From the NCBI RefSeq assembly GCF_009914755.1, contig NC_060936.1: a DNA stretch of 64,000 nt. The stretch is one strand, 5' to 3'. This document shows, one piece after another, positions 15,561 through 28,246 of this stretch (position 1 is the first letter of the stretch; every line of letters starts with the position of its first letter). The translations under genes and the position numbers were made by a program. The notes beneath the pieces were generated by a model that was not told the origin of the DNA, ran no database searches, and saw nothing but the letters and a program-made list of their open reading frames with translations. This DNA comes from the human T2T-CHM13v2.0 reference genome, Homo sapiens.

Positions 15561-16859
15561 CTAGTTTAAAGTTATTTTTACTAGCAACAGCCAAAATGTT
15601 AAAGTATTAGGTTTTTACATAATAATCTTTGCAATGTAGCTAACTAAGCATGCCATTATTGAGCAGCCAGTAAGTGGATAGAATGCAAATACACTTTATT
15701 TCAGAACAGAAAAGACAAAAGAAGTTGGGAGTCACTTTAGCCTCTTAAGTTGGGTAAGATATTACAGTTTTGTTTTTTTTTTTAAGTAAAGCCTTATGGA
15801 ATAGATAAAATATATTTAACTGACCCTATGAAATCACCATTTTTAGAGGTCAAAAAGTGATCACAAATTGGCAATACCATATGATTCAGCCTGTTACCAA
15901 CATAATACCACAATTATTTTTTATTAAGAGTAGGTCATAAATTATAAAGGGGGAGATGCAAGGATTCAAAAAGAGTAATGCATGGTCCTTGTCATAAGAG
16001 AGTTTACAATAGGAACAAACCATAACAAACCATACATACCTGTAAATTTAAATGATACCACTCAGGAAATCTTAGAATGGGATTGTGCTCAGGTGCTGGG
16101 GTTCCAAGAGCCTTTCCTATAAAACCAATAGAAGTTCAAGGGCAGGAATAAGCTCTCAGGATTTCAGGAAGAGCCATGGCATCCCCACTGTATCTCCCAA
16201 GAACACTTCTGAGTGTTCCTGCCAGATTTCTCTAACTTCTGGCCATGGGCCCCATGGAAACTGCACACACTGCATGTTTCATGCTGATTCAAGCTTGCAC
16301 TCCTGTTGATTATCTCTTGTTATGTATTTATCTCTCCAGCTGTGGCCCTGGTGACCTGCTTACTAAGCACCTGTCTCTATCCCCACCCACTGCCCGCTAT
16401 CTCCAACATCTGATCTTTGTCTCTACCTCTTATATCCAGTGGAGCTGTCCCCAGTGCCCCTCCTGATATCCAATAAAACCCAACCTACTAAGTGACCAAG
16501 TTATAAATATTGTGTAATAAAGTCTTTGAAAGCAACCAAAATACTTAGTATTGTAATTTTTAGGAAAGTCTTTGAGAATCAGAGTTTTTAGGAAAAACCT
16601 TCACTGAAAATGGGTAAGCCTTGAATGGAGATTTGAACACCTGGTAGAATTTGGATGAATGGCAAAATAAAAGTTAAGATACTCAGGCTGGAGAAACAGT
16701 GTAACTAAAAGAACAGCACAGAGGTGCCTATGGCCTGTGAAGAGGATAAGAAATTGTCCAGCCAAAGTGAAGATTAAATGCAGTGGGGGATAAATGAGAA
16801 AGATTAATTAGTTTCTGTCTAGTCCTCAATGTTAGGCTGAGGTCTTTGCATCACAACCA

Positions 16860-17000
16860 ATAATAGCCACCACATACTGAGTATGTACTACGTGTCAGAC
16901 ACTGACATATGACTTCTCAATTTTACCCAACTGAAGAAATTATCAATTGCACAGATGAGAAAATGAGATCCAGAGAGGTTAAGTGTCTTGTCAAAGGCTA
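16860..17000 (-). mobile_element. MIR
   Basis: Core cagatgagaaaatgagatccagagaggttaagtgtcttgtcaaagg. Confidence 0.75.
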
Positions 17001-17024
17001 TATTTTAAAATTATTTTTAATCTC

Positions 17025-17265
17025 TCATAAAGCATTTATTATACAACAGGCTCAGATCTAAGCACTTGGCAAAAATGAATGCATTTAAACTACACAACAA
17101 CCCAATGAGTGTGCTATTATTATTCTCACTTTCTGTTAGAGCTAAATGAAGTACCCAGGGGTTTCCTGACTTGCTCAAAGTCTTACAGTTTGTAAACGAT
17201 GGAGTTGAAACTCAAACACAGGAGGCTTTGCCCTAGGGTCTGTGTTCTTATGCACTCTTCTAATA
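17025..17265 (-). mobile_element. MIR (second adjacent copy)
   Basis: cacaacaacccaatgag...tattattattctcacttt...gacttgctcaaagtcttacag...aactcaaacacagg. Confidence 0.65.
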
Positions 17266-17699
17266 GCTGTGAAACTGGGGATCTCAGGGACACTAAAGGT
17301 TTTGAGCAGGATAATCATCTATGCAAAGTGGCTTGCAAGCATTATTAAATACTTCAATGGGAAGTCGGGTGGAGGATTATGGCTATCATTTTAATCTGAG
17401 ATGACTGAGGCCTGGATTAGGGCAGAATTGGTGAGGACACAGAAAAAAACTGTGGGAAATCCTACAAAGGAAGAATAAAGCAGATGTGAGAACTAATTAA
17501 ATATGAAACATAGGTGTGAAAGAAAAATATTTGACTCTGAGGATGCACAATTGATTCTGACTAGCTAGAATTAAAATAAAACTATCGGATATAAAAGAAA
17601 TTTGCAAGGAATATTTTGAGGCAGATTTTGTGCCCAGGCTGGAAAATGCAAGTAGAACTATCTAGAGAATTACTGGACATAGATACCTGAATTTCCCGT

Positions 17700-17882
17700 T
17701 GTACATTGGATGTACTTATATTCAATAGTGTGGTTACAGTATATCATAATAATGTGTCTGTGTTTCTGTTTCTCCTACCTAGAAGTGATTTCTAGGTTCT
17801 CTCATCCCTTTGAATCCTCATTGCCTAACACAGCACCCAGTAACATAATAGATGCTCAATAAATATGATTGAATGAATAAGA
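17700..17882 (+). mobile_element. L2 3' end
   Basis: gcctaacacagcacccag...atagatgctcaataaatatgattgaatgaataa. Confidence 0.7.
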
Positions 17883-20476
17883 ATTATCTAGATAGTTAAT
17901 AATAGCCATGCTCTTGAGTCTATAAGGAAAATTGTAGAAAAATGAGGACCAGGTATCATATTTCTCTTTTTTCTGGAGATTATGGTCTCAGCTCTATCTT
18001 TTCCTAATAAAATCTGAAATTTGCAGCCTGTAAAATTGTAGGGTAAAATAAATCACCGGATGTTTAACAAAATATTACCTTAGAATTGTCTTAATGGTTC
18101 AGTAGTTAGAATCAATATATGACTATTGCTTTCATGGCATTAATTATGTTTATCTAGAGCACTTGATTGCTAGGCTATAAGTGATGTGGAGAAACACATT
18201 CTTTGCAGCTTTAAATGGTATTGTAGAAAATTCTCATAAGAACATTCACGTACTCAAAGTGACTTTTATTTCTTGATTATAAATAGCAAAGTATTTTGGC
18301 CCTGTGTTCTCCTGGATCTAAACCACTCTGAAAGAGCAAGTCAATGGCATAATATTAGCGCTCAAATTTTGTTTATTTCTTTTATACATAATTTCATGAA
18401 AACCATAATTCCTTTTGTATGCATGTAGTATTTGAGATGTGTTAGAAATGTTCAATGCCTGGATGATATCTTGAACACAATATTTACAGATCCCTTTCTA
18501 CTTATCTCCTTTGCTGTCCTCCCCTTTGTTTTCTTCTTTTGACCTCCGGGAGTAAATGTTGTCTGTACCATTTTTTGGCACTTGCTACTTGGTATTTTAA
18601 GCTATAGTTCCACATGTAAAGAATTTCAGCTCCTTGAGGATATTGTGTCTCCAACATCCAAAAATCCTCCTTAGCACCCAGCAAACCTCCATTCATACCA
18701 CACTTGTGCACACACACATACACACACAGGGAGCATATCCCAATGCCATTTGTTGACTGACAGCCTTTGAGATCCCAAAGTACTCTGAAGTTAGTCTTTT
18801 AGTATCCCTGTAAGTACATGATTATGATTTTGAAAACTTTGTATATAAAGAAAGAAACAAGGTGTTGAAATAAAAATTACCTCCCTGATTTGTTTCTCTT
18901 TGTTAGGTTGACTTTACATGTGTAATAATAGTTGTTCCTGCAAAATTGACTGACACTACTCATTTCCATGCTATGTATGCATTGCTAAAGAAACAGCATA
19001 ACAAACTAGGGGTAGAATCACAATTAGAGATTAAAAATAGGAGGTTTGTATCTCATTTTTATTGTAAATTGTTAAATGAGACTTAAAATTAACTAGTGTT
19101 TAAATGCCATTCTTTACAAAAGCTGAATTAGGTGACCACTCAAAACTGAAACAGATGACCTTTTTGTTTGATACTGCTTCACCCACTTAGCCCTCATCTA
19201 ATGTTTGTTTTTGCCAGACAGAAAGGCCTATAGAGCCTCCCCTTCCCAATGCTCCTACCCGAGGAACACCTGAAACCTTTGGTCTACTCTAAGAGCTTTG
19301 TTTGTTGTATTTATGAAAAGCTCCTCTTATCCAGGTGTTTCACTCTTTCAGAAAGGTGACACATTGTTGACAGCTCTGATAGTGAAAGGAAATTGACAAG
19401 CCTGAGCACCTAACGTCCTCAAACCACCTGATAATGATGGTGGTTCCCATGCCTGCCTGGCGGCCTCGATCTCCAATTAAGCATCTGTGGAAGCTGGAAA
19501 GCAGTCCTCTTAATTGGGAAGCTGCAGATGCAAGGCAGGTTACAATTTCTGCCAAGACATTTATCAGTCAAGCCAAGCTTCCTCCCCTCTTCCTCACGCT
19601 TGCATTTGTGTTTTGTTATTCTGCAGTCCCCCACACTGTAAGACAAGGAGGCTATTTAGTGAAGATCTGAATATACAAAAGTCATTTTGCATGAGCAACT
19701 TTCAGCTCCATAAATAACCTCCCGCTGAAGCAGGATCCATGATGAATTTAGTCCTAATTACACCTAACTCTCACCCTTCCTCTACACCTCCCATTAAGAT
19801 ATATTGTCTAGGACACATGCAGGGGATCTGTTTGCAGCTATCTTTTACATAGGACTGATTGTTTAATTGCAGATTAAAGATTAATGCAAGTATAATGATT
19901 CCATAAGGACACTTCAGACAAAAGCATCCTACATCAGGCTGCCTGCCTCCATTTTTCAATTTGACCATAAATTTGGCTGGGAATTAAATAGTAAGTAGCC
20001 GTGATTGCAACTCTGGTCTCTGAAGGCACTCACGGGAATGAAAATAAATGAACAGGCTCTCACACAAAGCATGTTTCATTATGGTCATTAGTGGGCAGAT
20101 TCTCAGCAGTATTGAAGGTGAAATTGTCTAGAAAAGAGGTTGGCACATGTCTGTTAAGGACAGCCGAAAAGGATGGTGAAAAGGATGGATGTGGTTTGGG
20201 TTGGGGACAATTGTGGCATAGTTTGAGTATTTTAATTCCTTTTGTTTATTTCCATTGTTTAGAAGGTAGCAGCCATCAGCAAAAGGTTCTTTTTACTACA
20301 GAACCACAAAAACATAAGCCTTTTTTAGTATGGTTTCAAAACTGGCATGATGTACAATATGAATATAAATATAAATGATGGTTATTTGGTGAACAGACCA
20401 ACTCCGCACAAAACAGCCAAATAAAAATATCCTAGAATAAACATGACATTATGAAAAGCCCACAGGCGCCTTTACC

Positions 20477-20539
20477 ATGCATGTGGTAATGATTTTGATT
20501 ATGAAATGCTTATCTTTGGATTTTTCTTGCATTTTTCAG
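20477..20539 (+). CDS. PDZRN4: Candidate alternative N-terminal coding segment MHVVMILIMKCLSLDFSCIFQ, splicing in phase 0 to exon 49132
   Basis: accATG at 20477 (A at -3), 21 open codons, strong donor CAG|GTAAGA at 20539/20540, phase matches the 49132 acceptor. A possible weak upstream acceptor cccacAG lies at 20464-20465. Confidence 0.45.
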
Positions 20540-20545
20540 GTAAGA
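20521..20545 (+). promoter_or_regulatory. Recursive-splice-site-like junction (3'ss immediately followed by 5'ss)
   Basis: tttttcttgcatttttCAG|GTAAGA: pyrimidine tract and CAG directly abut a near-consensus donor. Confidence 0.55.
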
Positions 20546-20776
20546 GACAATTTTTCCTTAAACCTTTGGCATTGTTGACATGTTGGCCATCCACTGTAAG
20601 TATGGCATTAAATTTATTTCATCATATTATTCTCTTGCTTATCAGTGAGCGAATTAATCTACATGATATAGATAAGAGGACAAATGTGGCTGCTTTGGTC
20701 TTTGTGACCACTGGTTCTGTGTCCCCCAATAATATATTTTATCTCATAGGTACCTTAAATGTTATTACACTAATAA

Positions 20777-21090
<314 letters not shown>

Positions 21091-23899
21091 TGTAAAATTA
21101 AATATACTTACATATATACATTAGTTTGAGTTATGCTGGTATTTGAGAAGCTGGTTTTCATTTGTTACAAAAAAATAAAAGAGCAGAGACTATTCCTATT
21201 ATAATATGTAAAATGTTCAAAAACATTTTCACCTGTTGTCAATTTAAATGAAGCCAAGACACAAACTAAAATCTGACAAGACACAAACTTTTCCTCCCAT
21301 TCTCTACAGTTTTATAAAAGTCCTTTTATATGGAGGAACAAATACAACTGTGATGACAACATGACCTAATAATGATATTTAGAAAGAAAATCCTAAGATG
21401 TTTTATAATCATAATGAGTTTGGGCCCTTCACATACACACACCACATACACACAACACAACACACACTGTTCCTGATATCCAGGGAGTTCTCCTAGGAAA
21501 AATTGATGAAGCTATGCTAATGTTTGATAAACTCTGTTAAAACCATATTACTTCAGAAACACACATAAAATGACAAAGCTTCAGCATTTGTAGAGATGTT
21601 CCAAATCAAAATTCTAAGGGAAAATAATAGTGTTTTTAGTTTTTCATGAGTTGAGAAAATAAAGACCAAAGCAATCTTTTTCTCCCTTCCCAAAATAAAT
21701 TCAAGTAGTTGTGAAAAAAAGTAAGTTTTTTTTCTTGTTAATGAAATCCATCCAAATACTCAATATCACAATTGACAGGAAGAGTCCAGGATTAGGAATA
21801 ATGACTTTTACCAATGACATATTAATGAGATACAGTAGGGGACAGATAAAAGAATGTAATCATATCCTGACTTGGATGTGGGTATCTGTTTTTTATTGAT
21901 AGAAAGAAAAGCTGACATCCTCTTGAGATTGGAATAGTATTGATTTGTCAGAAAACGAAAGTAGATGACACAGTATTTTTTCTTTTTTCTACAGTCCAAT
22001 AGATCAGTGAATATAGTTATGATAGTATTATGATACTATGTATCCATTCACTTTTACTTGGTTCCATTATTACTTCAAAATTCTTCTATGGCTGAGAGAA
22101 TGATTGAATAACTCCTCATGTGCATGGGATTATTTTATGAAAGAGGTTAACCAGCTGCTCACTATTTTCACTGAAGAGTGAGCAAGAAGAAATCGTTTAA
22201 ATTGAAGTAGCAGTTCTCTAAGTTGCATGGGAATCGTAATCACTGCCATCATCATCAGTTCAAAGGAACTCCATACACATGAGTTCCTGCTGTGCACAGA
22301 GAAAAGAGCTTCCTCTCTGGAAAGATGGTTAGATGCAAGAAAGACTTCACAAGAGAAATTCCAGAATACCCATGTGTATAGATCTCTTTATAGAAACATG
22401 TGGACATGTCTCTTTGTTCAAGATATCAATAACAAATTTGCACTAAAGAATATGAGAGCCCAGAAAATGTAAGAAATGTGGGATTTAATTAATGTATGCA
22501 CATATTAAAATACTTTTTATCCTTAAAACCACTCATTTGATCCACCTGACTGTTTCATCTACTCTGAATAGCTATTATATTAAATGTGAATGAACATCAT
22601 TGGTCCATAACTTTATAAAACTAAATCAAATGAATTAATGTAATTTTCATGAAACAAGATGGTTCATGTCTTGTAAAGAGATGTAATTCTTTGCATATTT
22701 TAAGTCTGTATAATGCTCATGAAATATTGGTGTAGAATTCTTCCTCTCTAAATTAGCTATTATAATTAAAAGTTCATGGGCATGATTTGGAAATATTAGC
22801 AATTTCTTCTCTCATGCACGATAATCATCTTCTTTCACCTGCCACCTGTTGAGAGAGCAGCTGGCCTGTTTATTGTCTCTGTGGCCTGGAGTCCTTTCTA
22901 AGTGAAGCTAGCTTGTCACCTCATTCTAGTTTTGATCACAATACATGCAAATCTCACATTAGTTCATTGCTCAGTCACCAAGTGGCTGGAATATTATGCA
23001 TAGTCAAGTTGATATTTGAAATAAAATGTATTCCCACCTCTTTGTTCTATATCTATTTATTATATTACGAATATAGATGTTCAATGGAGTAAGAGATCTT
23101 TCTGAGGTTTTGATCTTTTAGAGACTGATTCTGGGTTGGACATCAAAACATAACTTGCTTTGAGGATATAAAGCTAACAGTAGTGGGTTTTATTTCATAT
23201 CCCAAATGCCTGGTGGGACAGTTTCTACAATGTATTTACTTCTACATGAATGAAGCTTGAAGGAATATAATAAACGAAAACATATAAACAAATCAACATT
23301 GCTATTAATTTTTTCCCAATATCAGGCTTAGTTACCAAATGCAGATTTTCATATAAATATTTTATAATTTCTTACCTTCTCTTCTCCTGGAAGATTTTTT
23401 TTCAGATTGTCAACAGAAAGCAAGATAGGGGAGTAGGAATAGAAAGAGACATTCTATTCAACTCAAATGTGAGTCTAGGTGAATATGCTGATACTCTATA
23501 GAATTAAGAATAAATACGATTTCAGCAGGTGATACAGAATATAATTTCAAAACATGACTAAATCAAAATTATTTTGTTTGATAAACTAAAACACTACATG
23601 TCAGATAAATTAAGTATAAAAGCCAAAACAAAGCCTTAAATTACAGGGTTTTTTTTTTTTCTAATAGGCTATATTTTAGACATCTTCATTTTCCCCCCTC
23701 TGTATAAATGAATTAAGCTGCACATGAGGAAAGTGTGGTGTAAGGATTTCTCCAAATGCATGAACCCCAAACTATATCTATCTCACCATTTCCCATAATG
23801 CCTCATATTTCTCCTGTAGCGGTTGCTGCCTGTGAGCCATGTCATGATCTATCCATTTGTACCAACCTATCAGTGATAGGAACCTATCACCCATCATAA

Positions 23900-24570
23900 C
23901 AGGAGCAGCTCATAGTCATCTCTGTTTTTTCTCTTCCCAGTCTGACCACCCATAATTAGACACTCACCTCATTTGCTCTCCAATCCTCAGTTTCTCTTCC
24001 TTCCAACCTAGCCTAAAGAATATTACCAAATTACTCTTTCTCAAGAATGAAGCTACATATACTTCTTTGCTCAAAACCCTCCTGCCAAACAACCAAGTCC
24101 AGCTTATTAACTTGGCATTTAAACCCCCACAATCTGCCCCTTACTCCCTCTCCCTGTTTTTCCATATGAAAATTTGAATCTGGTAAATTAGTCTTATCAT
24201 ACCAAAAGTCTTCCTTTTTGTATGTGATTGATCCAGCTATCTTTCTCTGGCTTTCTCTTTATTTTCCATTTGAAAACATGTTCCTTAAACTTCCCTTCAA
24301 AACAAGCTCAAATCCAAGTCTTCTGTAAAGTTTTCCCTGATCCTCAGTAATCTTGAGAGTTTTTTCAGCCCACACTGATTGTTTGCACTAGTAATTTCTC
24401 ACTTAGTATATGCTATATTACATTATTGTTTATCTTTTTTATGTACATGTCCAATCTCTACAACTAAATCGAGAGCCTCTCCAGACAGAAACTAAATCTT
24501 ATATTTATTTGCCAATGTAGTATATATTACATTTCTCTATGTAGAGTAAGCATTTACTAGATGTTTGTAG
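23900..24570 (+). mobile_element. L2 relic
   Basis: cttctttgctcaaaaccctcc...tggcatttaaaccccccacaatctgcccc...agtaagcatttactagatgtttg. Confidence 0.55.
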
Positions 24571-24759
24571 ATAACCATGATCAATTTACCCGATTAAGAA
24601 GAATAATTTAATTATAACAATACTTTTTAAAGACTTTCTTTAGTTTTGGCATTTTTAATGCTTTTTGGCAACAACTAACATACCCCACGAAAAATGGATT
24701 AAATAGAGGACTTCAAATTCATTTTGATCATATCAAAACATTCCACAAATAACTGTTCC

Positions 24760-25143
24760 TAGCTTGGATCAGTGAATCACTGATGTCTGACCATTGGGTT
24801 GCCTTCTCTTTCTTTTAGACTTTTCCTCATTGTCACAAAGGGGCTGCCACAGCTGTAAGCATCACATCTTCACGCAGCAAAACCTAAGGTGGAAAGAAAG
24901 AGAAGGTGTTTTCCTTGTCATCTCTCTCTGATATCAAAATGAAAAATCCTAGATATGCCTCAGCAGATTCCCACAGAAATACTTTGGACCAGTGTAGGAT
25001 TGTATATGCTTGTAGCTATCAAGGAAGTTGGAAAAGAAAAATCTGAAATATTTAGTTTAGGATGAGAACTTGGATTCTACAACAAGGAAAAAAAGGAAGA
25101 GGGAAATAACTGTTGGCTAGCCAACCAATAGTATTTGTCACCA
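24760..25143. mobile_element. MaLR LTR (MLT1J-like)
   Basis: ggctgccacagctgtaagcatcacatcttcac...gaagagggaaataactgttggctagccaaccaatagtatttgtcacca. Confidence 0.65.
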
Positions 25144-25159
25144 GGTAAGATTCACATTC

Positions 25160-25392
25160 AATTAACAATCATTAAGTACTTAAAGTGGCAGGATCCATAT
25201 CAGCTTCTGTCATATATGTTGAGTTATTTATTTCTCATAAAAGTCCTGTAAGATTAATATTATTCTCCCATTTTACAGATGAAGAAATTGAGGCTTAGAG
25301 ACATTAGGGCATTATCAAATTTAAGTAAATAAGAGAGCTGAGATTTAAGTCCGTTTTATAAGGCTAAGATCAGTATATTTTCTACTGTACCT
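25160..25392 (-). mobile_element. MIR
   Basis: Core cccattttacagatgaagaaattgaggcttagaga. Confidence 0.8.
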
Positions 25393-27084
25393 CAGCTGAG
25401 TCTCAGAGAAGAACATTTTAATGATACATTATAGAAGAAGAAAACCAACTAGAATGGGATAGGAGAGTATACCTAGTGTATAGTGAGAAAGGTAGCAAGG
25501 ATGGCACAAGTGTATTGGCCTTCTGATGAGTGAGGCTGGGTATGAGGGAATGGGGGAAGCAGGGCATCCATCAGAGGTTAGCCCAGGATCAACCCTCAGT
25601 GTTTCAAGAACATTTTTAATATTATGCAATTATTTGTATTTATATAAACAAAAATATTTAACTTTTTGAGAAAATTCATATTGATATTAAAAATTATATA
25701 TAATATATATTACATGTGGCATTTGAGAAGCAGTCATGAAGTGGAATTTTTCAGGAGACATAATTTACATGAGATCTAAAGCACAGCCTATATTCCAGCT
25801 CAGCCTTTAAATATTCTTACCCTTTTATATTTTCCCCTCTTTATGAAAGAATAGATAGTAGGTGACCTCCACAACCAAAGTTGATTATTTCTTCTTCATT
25901 TTTCAATTTCCTTTTTTAAGGTTATCAAAAAGTAGCAATTCATTTTCATTCTGTCTATGAACTTACACAAGATCCTACACAGTAAGCTTACTAAAAGAGA
26001 AGGATATCAAGAAGAGTGAAAAATAATATATCTCTTTTGAAATTTCTTAGGATTCTTATGGTGCCACAGGGCTTGAACAGGATCCTAAATCTCTCTTTTT
26101 GCAGGGTGGGAGAGGAAGCAGTCAGGAAGCAGAAAAGAGACAGTGACTGAGATTCCCAACCCTTCCCCACCCCATGTAGGGAGCTTCAGAGCAATGTGTA
26201 GAATTGATGTAAGAAACGCTATTCCTTTGTAAAAGCATCAAAAATATTAAAATACTCCTATTATCTGTGCTTAGCCTCCAGCTTCTTTTAATGATCTTCC
26301 CAGATCTCACAAGAACATAGACTAAATCGACTGTATGAGTTCAAATGATAACAACACAGTGACAATTAATGGTTCTTGTCAGGATCCATAAATTATGGCA
26401 TCTTACTGCTAGTCTTTTTTTAAAGATTTTGGGCAGCTTATTAAAGCATCTAGCCTTTGCTCCAATGTGGCCTTGAAAAGGAAAGAAATAAACAACCAAT
26501 CAAGTAGAAATTCTCTTTGGCTCAATGCATAGTCCAGTAGTACACACATTGCATTTATGAGAAAAGAGCCCTCTTCATCTGACATGTGAACTTACATTCT
26601 TTTAATCTAAATTTGTTGTGCTCATCTTTTACCTTTGTTAAATTTAACCTGGATTCCATTCTGAAAAAAATCATACATTTTTCAAATACCTAAATAGATG
26701 AAAATATCTCGAGTTTGTGTGTAAGATTCTACTCCTCCTTTTTGTTAGATACTCTAATAAAGTTTATCAACTTGTTTTTAAATGAAAGAGAATAATGATC
26801 TCTATCACACAGAGAACTTATTAGTGTCCTATAGCAAAATTGAGGGAGGATTTTTCCTCACAAGTTGAGGGACAAGGTGAAATTGAGAAAAGATATTTGT
26901 AAATACTCAAATAATCATAAGAGATCAAAGTAAATCTATGTGAATTTTTGAACTTGAAACCTACCTTTCTCAAAATTGCAGGATTGAAAACATTATTTAT
27001 GTGTTGGCTTCTTCTTACTGCAACCAACCAACTAACTTGATATTGTTAACCTTAGTGCCTTTTGGCATGTTAGTAAAGTCACTA

Positions 27085-27292
27085 AGAGTTTTTGTTCAAA
27101 TCCTGACTGTTCCTGAGCTAGCTATGTGAGTTTAGGTAAGTCACTTAAAATCACTGCATCTGTTTCTCACCTGCCCCAAAAACGTAATAGGAGCATCCCA
27201 CCACAATGAGGTTTTTCACTTACTAAATGCTGAATGCATACAGGATATTTAACACTTGTGAATAGTACGTGCTTTATTAATGTCAGTTATTA
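27085..27292 (+). mobile_element. MIR
   Basis: gttcaaatcctgact...tagctatgtgagtttaggtaagtcacttaa...ctgtttctcacctg. Confidence 0.75.
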
Positions 27293-28186
27293 GAAACATT
27301 GTTTTCTATATTTCCATCTCACCTCATATAACCCTGACCAAACCAAGGAGTCCAAAGACCAGATAGATTTCTGTTGCCCAGATTTGCTGTAAACTTAACA
27401 GTGTATCTTTGGGCTATTTACGTAACCCTTATGATTCTGTCTCCTTAACCCACAGATGAAGCTTCTTGTCCTAATAGTCTTTGTGGGCATGTTGACGTTT
27501 TCCCTCATTACAGGACATCAGACACCAAAGAATATCAGGTAGTAGGTCAGGGTTGCCTACAATCCTGACAACAAAGTGACTTGCGTCTTTTAGATTGTAA
27601 CCTCCCTCTGGCTGTCCAAGGCTGGTCCTTACCATGTTTCCTGGGTCTGACTCCCTAATCATCCATCCCATGCCTCACAATCTGCCACTTTTCTCCAACC
27701 TCAGCCTCCTCAGGGAAAAAACATACTTGCTCTGGACCCAGGTTTCTGAGTACCAGAGTTCTGATATTAGTTGATCTGACAAACACATCTACAGTAAGTT
27801 GCAGTAAATGCTAATACTATGTGTTGTATTTCCAGAAAAGATGTGCTTGTTTGTTTTCTAATTGAGGGATAAAGTAGAGGGAAAGGGAGGACTTTCAGGC
27901 ACTGTGGCAGAGGAGGTCATTGAGCGAACAAGAAGAAGGCTATCCCTGGGCAGGCAAAATGCATTATTCTGTATTTGGTGCAAGGCAAGTCAGACACTGT
28001 GTACCCCTATACCTATCCTGAGATGACTAGAATTTAGAGACTAGCTATTCCTGTGTTTCAATTCCGGTACGGAAATGACAAGTCAGGAAATTCCCAGCAT
28101 GCCAGGACTCACCGGAGGTGTTGCTATTCTTACTGTCACATATCTGAGACCACTATTAACCACTGAAATCTAGAATTGCTCATAAT

Positions 28187-28246
28187 CTTTCTCTCTTTCT
28201 CTCTCTTCCTCTCTCTTTTTCTTTCTTTCTCTCCCTCTCTCTCTTC
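28187..28246. repeat. CT-rich polypyrimidine tract
   Basis: ctttctctctttctctctcttcctctctctttttctttctttctctccctctctctcttc. Confidence 0.85.

Noticed and set aside
20740-20756. Other AG|GT juxtapositions (ctcatAG|GTacct; also near 10069, 18906, 53359)
   Set aside because: The reconstituted donors are far from consensus, unlike 20540.
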